DNA from: Heterodontus francisci
Lineage: Eukaryota
Reading direction: 5' to 3'
Assembly: GCF_036365525.1 (NCBI RefSeq)
Contig: NC_090371.1
Location: forward strand, 94,334,211 to 94,398,210
Length of the DNA stretch: 64,000 bases
Positions 55,113 to 64,000 of the stretch are shown piece after piece (the stretch's first letter is position 1; every line of letters begins with the position of its first letter). Both the position numbers and the translations under genes were made by a program. The notes beneath the pieces were generated by a model. That model was given only the letters and a program-made list of their open reading frames with translations. It had not been told where the DNA came from and ran no database searches.

Positions 55113-56691
55113 AGTAAGAATGTTTAATTTAATGCCAAATTATGGAAGTGAAATTGAGAGGGAAGGAAAGGTGGCAGTAAGAGAGAGAGAGAGGAAAGAA
55201 AAAGTAAAAAGAAAATATTTTTAAAATCTACAACAATAACTACAATCTGAAGGAATGAGACCCACTTTCTTTAAAAAGTACATTTTCAGTGCCTGAGGGG
55301 TTGTTTGCCAACAATTAATACTTATTGCACCAGTAAAGAATCACTTACAGTTGAATGGACAAGCCCTAACTTATTCTGGCATGTTTAGTTGATATCTAGT
55401 GGGTAAGTACTGAAAATTCACACCCTACATGTATGTGAATGCTGAGTCTCTTAGTGAGATGCTGTTACAGCACAGCTTCTGGAGGAACAGGACAACTCAA
55501 ACAGCAGCATCCTGATTTCCACAATTAACTGCACATCTCCGGCCGCCATTAGTCTCACCAATATTCCTACTGCAATATCCAGGCTATTAATGCAAATATG
55601 CTGCTCCACACATTATTCTCCATTCAGTCATATTTCTTTTGCAAACAAAATATCATTGAGCCAATTCCCCTTGCCAATGGGGAATGCTCACTTCTCTAGA
55701 TAAAAGTGCCAGGAAAGAGGGACGGACTCAAATTGTTGGGTCAACAACTATTTAATGCTTGCTGGGGCTTTCCTGGGAGCACAGCAGCAGGGCAGGCCAA
55801 TAATTTGCTCAAAGTGGGAGATTTTAAACAACATTTCAAAGGCAAAGGGACAGGTGCAGAGAGATTTTGGAAGCTGAAGGGGGGAATACCCAGTCTCTCA
55901 TCTCACTTGCCAACCTCTATGCTTGCAGGAGGCTTTATTGGCAGCCACAAGATGAGGCCAAAGAAGCAGCTGCACAACTACCGACTGCCCATTCTAGGGC
56001 CAAGACAGGGCCACTGCTTCTTCCAAAAGAATATGCCTTAGATCAGTTGATATAACCAAGAAAGAATAAATGTTCTTCCAGAGCTAGTCAGTTCTGCAAT
56101 TTGATCAGTGAAAGTTAGTTGAACTTGCATTTCTAACTGTTCACCCAGATATTACGGTGATAGACTAGTGACATATGACTTTGTGCTTTAAAACTTTTTG
56201 TCCAACAAGATTGTTTGGTGTTAATTTTGACTTTAGACAATATAAATGTAACATGCTGTTATCAGCCACCCCTTAAAGACATGCTATGATTTCTGCTTCA
56301 ATTGAAATCACATGTTATAGCTATCACCCAAAGTCATTTGTTGTATTCAGTTTGTTAGAGTAATGGAAATAATAATGTTTCTGTTTGAACCCTATTGTGA
56401 AATTTTTGATGTAGTTTTGTTTAGTCTGACAAACTCATATCCAAACACCATCAAATCCTGCCTGCACCACTGATCTCACACAAACTTCGCTCGAACGATT
56501 TCATAAAATGCTGTAAACCGACTTGTGCACACTGATGCATATTGCTGCCTCTGCATTTACTATCTTGTGCACACTGCAACTTATTGGTGGACTCTGAAGA
56601 TTTAGCAAAGTGTATCAAAGTAATTGATGTGATCTTTATAATCAGGTTTATGATTGTGTTGCACACAGAGGAATCTTCCCCCTGCCTCCAG

Positions 56692-56715
56692 TATATATAT
56701 ATATATATATATATA
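56692..56715. repeat. (TA)n microsatellite
   Basis: Direct reading of the sequence. Confidence 0.9.
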
Positions 56716-56859
56716 ATGTCTGAACTTGGGCATAGCAGGGGAGAATCAGCTCCCTGTGTATTATCATATTCATTGCTAGCTTTAAAACAAATACCTCATA
56801 TATCTAAAATGAAGGCTCAGCAAGTAAAATGATTTTCTTGTACTCAAGAGCTTTTTTTT

Positions 56860-57195
56860 TGTTGTTCTGGCAAGGCCGGCACTTACAAGGCCATTTCAGA
56901 GGGCAGTTAAGAGTCAACCACATTACTGTGGGTCTGGAGCCACATGTAGGCCAGGCCAGGTAAGGACAGCAATTTTCCTTCCCTAAATAACATTAGTGAA
57001 CCAGATGGTTTTTTAATGACAATGATAGTTTCATGGCACTATTACTGAGACTAGCTTTCAATTCCAAATTGTTATTAATTAATTGAATTTAAATTTCACC
57101 AGATGAGATGATGGGATTTGAACCCATGTCCCCAGGGTATTCACCTGGGCCTCTGCATTTCTAGTTCAGTGACCTCACCACTACGCAACCACCTC
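56860..57195 (-). mobile_element. tRNA-derived SINE copy
   Basis: Reverse complement of the 31283-31552 family. Confidence 0.75.
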
Positions 57196-59080
57196 CCCAC
57201 TTGTACAGTCCTGGACCACATACGAATATGATTTTCCTCTGAATCACAATTCTGTATAATGACTCAGCACCTTCCTCAACATTAGTCATATCATCACACA
57301 GCATGTTATTGAATATAATTGTAACAAATGTATGTAAATGTAAGTTTAACTTTATAAGAAATGTTTAAGTTTGGGGACCAATGGCACTGTACGATTCTTA
57401 AACTAAGGCAGGAAATTTCCTTGGAGCTGCTCCTGCTCCACAGGGTGCATTAGGAATGGCTGCTTATCTGTGTAAACAGACTTTGTACTTTTTGCATAGT
57501 TACAGCAGTGGAGCAGGAACAGCTTCAAGGAAATTGCCGAGCTGCATCCATTGTTTAATTTTCAAGACTGAAGTGCTTCCTGTCAATAAATTGACTTTAA
57601 GAGGTTTGCATGAGTACAAAATGGGAAAACTTTTTTATACCTGTGCTGACCTTTTTGGTGAAATTATCAACAGGACGTATTCATTCCATGATGTTAATAT
57701 ACTTTATAAATAATATTTATAAGACAAGCTAGTAGTAAAATGTCAACACTGCTGCTAGAATGCTACAACTGCACCAGCATTTTAAACTCTTATATAAACA
57801 TATTGTCAATTTGGATACGAGGTCTATTGGCCCTGAAGTTGTTTGAGTTACAACCTGATGGTCATAATGTGATTACTCTCCAGCTTTTACCCTGCTAGAA
57901 TTTGTGGAGTGATGTGAGAGGAACCTTATTAGCACATGGCAGATGAGTACATGTGCCGCTTCAGATAGATCTATTCAGTCCACTGGCCCCACACCCACAG
58001 AAATCCTGGTGGTGCTCTGCCTGGAAGTTGGGGGTCAGGGTGTTGTGGAAGAACCCAAGCCCCAACCCAGCAATCCTCCCACCTGCTGCCCCTTGAATAA
58101 CGAGTATGATTTAGTGAATTATTTTAGAAATTTACTCTTTTGAGGTTCGGACCACTTGCCTAGCCTGGATCTCACATGCATCCTTTACCTCACTGAGAAT
58201 ACTGGCCACAACCACAACACTGCATCCACCTGGAGCCTGAGAAGCAGAAATTTCTAGCTTCGAGAGTTTTCCCAACCCTAGCCCTCCATTTGTCTTGTAA
58301 GGGAAGAATATAAGTTCTACCTTTACAAATCACTCGGGGCCTCCATTGTTTCCTGGAATCTCCACCAGTCACTCTATCCATCATAACTGTGCAAAGTTTC
58401 AGCCCTGATAATTTCCATAGAACCCCTTCACAATATCACAGGGCAGCTGGATTGTATGACTATAAATGACTGATCTTTCTGAGGTAGAAATCTGTCTTCT
58501 GCTTTTTTTTTATTCATGGATGTGGGCGTCGCTGGCTAGGCCAGCATTTATTACCCATCCCTAATTGCACATAGATTTCTGAATAAATAAATTACAATTC
58601 TACCAATTAGGAAAAATGGAATACTGTACATAAAACATTTAATTTTATAACACTGTACTCTGGTGAAAATGAAAAATAAGTCCTGTTATTTTGGACCCCT
58701 CCCAAGTGAGTTGATGTACACTTTGAGAAGTGAATATGAACAGAGATGACCTCAAGCTCTTGACTTTTCATGTACTAATAGAAGCACTGGACTCAGAAAC
58801 CTTTTACTTTACTGTTACGTGCTGTAAACTGAAGCAAATGCTTAAATATACAAAATAAATTGTTTTGTAACTTTCTCCATTCTTCTGTATTTTTATCTGG
58901 TAATAAAGGCCCTAGATATTTACAGTTGGTGCAAACAATTGTTGAAAAAGATGAACTACAAACAGTGTTGATAAATGTATTATAAAATAATTGTTTACAT
59001 TATAACTTAAATATTTCAGGAAGATTAAAATACTTATAATGTAGTCCAAATCAGGGGATTGTTGCAGGAAGAACAAAGAC

Positions 59081-59342
59081 AATGTCTGCGTGGGTTTCCT
59101 CCGGGTGCTCCGGTTTCCTCCCACATGCCAAAGACTTGCAAGTTGATAGGTAAATTGGCCATTATAAATTTCCCCTAGTATAGGTAGGTGGTAGGGAGAT
59201 ATAGGGACAGGTGGGGATGTGGTAGGAATATGGAAGTAGTGTAGGGTTAGTATAAATGGGTGTTTGATGGTCGGCACAGACTCGGTGGGCCGAAGGGCCT
59301 GTTTCAGTGCTGTATCTCTAAACTAAACTAAACTAAACTAAA
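59081..59342 (+). mobile_element. V-SINE (HE1-like), 5'-truncated, with a (CTAAA)n tail
   Basis: gtctgcgtgggtttcctccgggtgctccggtttcctcccac V-domain and a HER1-type tail. Confidence 0.85.
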
Positions 59343-59659
59343 CATCCATTTTATTGTAGAGCTACTGGTTCTTCTGGAAATCTCTGTGGTTTCAGGAATC
59401 TCTGCTATTGAATTCAGAGATTCTTTCTGTTGCTTATCCAGATTGAATATATTAGACTAAATTTATCCCGAGCTAAAAATGTGACATTATATAATGTACA
59501 ATAGGAGTTTTCCAATATTTAGCCCTGCAATATTGTTACTAAAATATTTTCAACTTCATATAAAAAAAATTCAGAGCCTTCAATAGCATTCTAAAACATT
59601 CCAGAACTGAAACAATTAATAAAGTAGCTATTATCAAAGTGGTCCTTATGAATCACGTA

Positions 59660-61168
59660 CGAACATAAGAATTAGGAGCAGGAGTAGGCCCCTCGAGCCT
59701 CCTCTGCCATTCTTCAATAAGTTCATGGCTGAACTGACAATTGCACATTTCCACCTACCCCGATAACCTTCTACACCCTTGCTTATCAAGAATCTATCTA
59801 CCGCTGCCTTAAAAATATTCAATGACTGCTTCCACCGCCTTTTGAGGAAGAGAATTCCAAAGACTCACAACCCTCTGAGAGAAAACATTTCTCCCCATCT
59901 CTGTCTTAAATGAGCAAGCCCTTATTTTTAAACAGTGAACCCTAGTTCTAGGTTCTCCCACAAGGGGAAACATCCTTTCCACATCCACCCTGTCAAGACC
60001 CCTCAGGATCTTATATGTTTCAATCAAGTCGCCTCTTACTCTTCTAAATTCCGACGGATACATGCCTAGCCGGTCCAATCTTTCCTCACAAGACAGCCCA
60101 CCCAGTCCAGGTATTAGTCTAGTAAACCTTCTCTGTACTGCCTCCAACGCATTTTTATCATTTCTTAAATAAGGAGACCAGTACTGTACACAGTACTCCA
60201 GATGTGGTCTCACCAATGCCTTGTATAGCTGAAGCATTACCTCCCTACTTTTGTATTCAATTTCCCTCAAGGTAAACGATAGCATTATTAGCTTTCCTAA
60301 TTACGTGCTGTACCTGCATACTAACCTTTTGCAATTCATGCTCTAGGACACCCGGATCCCTCTGCATCTCAGAGCTCTGCAATCTCTCACCATTTAGATA
60401 ATATGCTTCTTTTTTATTCTTCCTGCCAAAGTGGACAATTTCACACTTTCCCGCATTATACTCCATTTGCCAGGTCTTTGCCCACTCACTTAACCTATCT
60501 GTATCCCTTTTTAGCCTCCTTATGTCCTCTTCACAAAATTACTTTCCGACCTATCTTTGTGTCATCAGCAAATTTAGAAACCATTCCTTCAGTCCCTTCT
60601 TCTAAGTCATTTATATAAATTGTAAACGTTGAGGCTCCAGCACAGATTCCTGTGGCACACCACTCGTTACATCTTGCCAACTAGAAAGTGACCCATTTAT
60701 GCCTACTCTCTGTTTCTTGTTAGCTAGCCAATCTTCTATCCATGCCAATATGTTACCCCTTACACCATGAGCTTTTATTTTCTGCAATAACCTTTGATGT
60801 GGCATCCTAGCAAATGCCTTCTGGAAATCTAAGTACAATACATTGATTGGTTCCCCTTTATCCACAGCACATGTAACTCCCTCAAAGAACTCCAATAAAT
60901 TGGTTAAACATGATTTCGCTTTCACAAAACCATGTTGACTCTGCCTGATTATCTTGAATTTTTCTAAATGCCCTGCTATAACATCTTTAATAATAGCTTC
61001 TAACATTTTCTCTCAGACAGATGCTAAGCTAACTGGCCTGTAGTTTCCTGCTTTCTGTCTCCCTTTTTGAATAAAGGAGTTACATTCGCTATTTTCCAAT
61101 CTAAAGGAACCTTTCCCAAATCTAGGGAATTTTGGAAAATTAAAACTAATGCATCAACTATCTCACTA
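59660..61168 (-). mobile_element. CR1 LINE, RT to 3' end, frameshifted
   Basis: ORFs 60611-61006, 60257-60466 and 59809-60285 with SQHGF, YLDFQKAF, GVPQ and LEAVQRRFTR. Confidence 0.92.
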
Positions 61169-61528
61169 TCACAATCTGAATATATTGAATGTTATATATC
61201 CATAAAGTAACATTTTGGAATAACCCTGACTTCCTGAGAGCTGTATTACTATAACCCTAGTCCAGTACCAGAAAATCAGGCCACATGAAAAGAACGAGCA
61301 GAAAGCAGCGACTCTCACGAACAGTAACTTTCTAAATTCTCCAGAGACAATTTTTAAAAATGTAAGATCGTACTTTGAACAAGCCTTAACCAGAAACACT
61401 GCAGATCAATTTCTAGGCCTGAATATTAAATAAATATATTTTAACCCATCCCCCATCTATGACAGATCAGCAATATTCCAGAGTTTCAGGCAAACCAAAG
61501 CCAAAACAATGTTGAATTTATGCAAAAT

Positions 61529-61664
61529 CTGATGATAGGTCATTGATCTGAAACGTTAATATTGTTTTTTTCCTCCACAGATGCTGCCAGACCTGTTGAG
61601 TATTTCCAGCATTTTCTGTTTTTATTTTTTATTTCAGATTTCCAGCATCTGCAGTATTTTGCTT
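61529..61664 (+). mobile_element. Penelope-type fragment starting at a hammerhead-like core
   Basis: CTGATGA-t-aggtc(att)gatct-GAAACGTTAA; flanked by the imperfect repeat ttgaatttat(g/t)caa. Confidence 0.7.
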
Positions 61665-62194
61665 TTGAATTTATTCAATCTGTGAGATGTAATTCATGTG
61701 TAAATTCACTCTAATCATATTTAAACAAGTGTTGCCAAATCACTTTCAGAAAGTTGTCTGACAGTCCTTTGACCTGCTGAGTAGTTGCACACACTGAACA
61801 TAAAGTTTAAAATAGTGAAGTGGGCCATTTTGTAATTTTTAAAATTTCATTTTAAGCTAATTATTAGCATAAAGCAAACAGATTAATTGGCATAAAAACA
61901 AAGTGCTGGACACTGGAGCAGCAGTTTCAGTACTGGCAGATACAGAACCATGACTGAAGAAAGTAAGCACCAGACGTACAGGTAAAAAACTGTATGGACC
62001 TGGAGGCATTGAGCTGAAGGTAATAGGAGAGCTGAAGATGATTCTGAGTTACCGAGGGAAATAAATTCCTGAGATATTATATATTATTAAGAATCAGAAT
62101 TGCTCGCTATTAAGTAGAACAGCTCATGTAGATTTACAGTCAAAATGCAGGATTGAAGAGCTGAACGGCACAGAGAAACAGCCAAGGAATTTTA

Positions 62195-62660
62195 GGGCTG
62201 AATTCCCTAAATTATTCAAAGGATTGGGAAAACTAAAAACAGCCTACCACATCACTTTAGGAAAGGATGCAAAACCACTGCGCCAAGAAAAGATCCACAC
62301 CTACTCCTAGAGAAAGTTGAGAAAGAAATGGAGCTAACGACCAATAGGGAGTCACCTCACCAGTTACTACGCCGACTGGATGGTGCTCAGGTATGTTTCT
62401 AGTGAAGAATCCAAATAGATCCATTTGAATTTTTGCCAACTTTTCGCTATTAAATAAGGCCGTAGAGTGGGAAATATATCCAATGGCATCAGTGGATGGG
62501 AATCTGGCAAAGCGAGGAAAAAGCATGATTTTCACTAAATTAGAAGCTAACAGTCGATTTTAACAAGTACGTTTGGATGAAGAATCTAAATTATTGACGA
62601 CTTTTATAACACTATTTGGAACATTCTGTTTTAACAGATTACCTTTTGGAATGATGTCAG
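62195..62660 (+). mobile_element. Ty3/Gypsy pol (RT N-terminal) remnant
   Basis: Reads EFPKLFKGLGKLK..YHI.L..DAKP, PTGWCSGM, LNKAV..E.YPM and LDEESKLLTTFITLFG.FCFNRLPFG, with stops and deletions. Confidence 0.8.
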
Positions 62661-62754
62661 TACACTTCCCTGGTGATTGTAATTTTCTTGAGTTCCACCC
62701 TCCCTTCCATTTCCTGACTTACAGGTATTTCTGGGACGTTACTTGTATCCTCGA

Positions 62755-63440
62755 GTCATAGAGTTATACAGCACAGAAACAGGCCCTTCGGCCCATCATG
62801 TCTGTACCAGCCATACAGCACCCAACTATTCTAATCCCATATTCCTGCACTTGGCCCATAACCCTGTATGCTATGGAGTTTCAAGTGGTCATCTAAATAC
62901 TTCTTAAATGTTGTGAGGGTTCCTGCCTCCACCACCGCTTCAGGCAGTGCATTCCAGATTCCAACCACCCTCTGGGTGAAAAACTGTTTCCTCAAATCTC
63001 CCCTAAACCTCCTGCTCCTTACCCTAAATCTATGCCCCCTGGTTCTTGACCCCTCTGCTAAGGAAAAAAGTTTCCTCCTATCTAACCTATCAATGCCCTT
63101 CATGATCTTGTAAACCTCAATCATGTTCCCCCTCAGCCTTCTCTGCTCCAAGGAAAACAACCCTAGCCTTTTCAGTCTCTCTTCATAGCTGAAATGCTCC
63201 AGCCCAGGCAACATCCTGGTGAATCTCCTCTGCACCCTCTCCAGTGCAATCATATCCTCTGGGGTGAGGACTGATGCAAAATACATGTTTAATTCATCTG
63301 CCATCTCCTTATTTTCCCTTATTAATTCCACAGACTCTCTTTCTATAGGACCAACACTCAATTTGTTAACTCTTTTCTTTTTTAAATATCTATAGAAACT
63401 CTTTCTATATGTTTTTATATTTCTAGCCAGATTTCTCTTG
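62755..63440 (-). mobile_element. CR1 fragment with the RT core deleted in frame
   Basis: ORF 62831-63361 joins the linker EMADELNMYFASVLTPED directly to MIALERVQRRFTR. Confidence 0.85.
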
Positions 63441-64000
63441 TTTTTTTTTATTCATTCATGGGATGTGGGCGTCACTGGCCAGGCCAGCATTTATTGCCCA
63501 TCCCTAATTGCCCTTGAGCAGGTGGTGGTGAGCTGCCTTCTTGAACCACTGCAGTCCATTTGGGGTAGGTATATCCACAGTGCTGTTCGAAAGGGAGTTC
63601 CAGGATTTTGACCTAGCGACAGTGAAGGAACGGTGATATAGTTCCAAGTCAGGATGGTGTGTGACTTGGAGGGGAACTTGCAGGTGGTGGTGTTCCCATA
63701 CATTTGCTGCCCTTGTCCTTCGAGTTGGTCGAGGTCGCAGGTTTGGAAGGTGCTGTCTAAGGAGCCTTGGTGCATTGCTGAACTGCATCTTGTAGATGGT
63801 ACATACTACTTTCACTGTGCGTCAGTGGTGGAGGGAGTGAATGTTTGTAGATGGTGTGTCAATCAAGCGAGCTGCTTTGTGCTGGGTGGTGTCGAGCTTC
63901 TTGAGTGTTGTTGGAGCTGCACCCATCCAGGCAAGTGGAGAGTATTCCATCACACTCCTGACTTGTGCCTTGTAGATGGTGGACAGGCTTTGGGGAGTCA
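63441..64000 (-). mobile_element. Second-family LINE 3' end, running off the window
   Basis: Reverse complement of 12440-12985. Confidence 0.88.

Noticed and set aside
51275-64000. 5' end of a downstream neighbour such as ITGA2, expected from vertebrate synteny
   Set aside because: I found no signal-peptide exon, CpG-rich promoter or integrin-like exon in this interval.

Overview
Eukaryotic (vertebrate) genomic DNA, very probably a cartilaginous fish: it carries HE1-type V-SINEs, HER1/CR1 LINEs and SacSINE1-like Deu-SINEs. The only host gene I can support is the 3' part of a + strand collagen-binding integrin alpha gene, best matching ITGA1. It has 14 coding exons between 285 and 51274 that splice in frame (1403 nt, about 466 aa: end of thigh, calf-1/calf-2, transmembrane helix and the tail AGFFRRPLKEKM*). 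One intron uses a GC donor. Everything else is intron, putative 3' UTR or intergenic DNA dense in transposable elements: CR1 (one near full length), a second CR1/Jockey-group LINE and its partner SINE, L2, RTE, three solo-LTR-like elements, a Gypsy pol remnant, hAT and PIF/Harbinger relics and MITEs. The most unusual structure is a 584-bp, zero-spacer, near-perfect palindrome (37946-38529) flanked by a 14-bp target-site duplication. It is made of a Penelope-type terminal repeat carrying a minimal hammerhead-ribozyme-like motif, and shorter relatives are scattered across the window. Most long ORFs in the supplied track are transposon fragments or chance ORFs. Family names come from recalled motifs, not from database searches.
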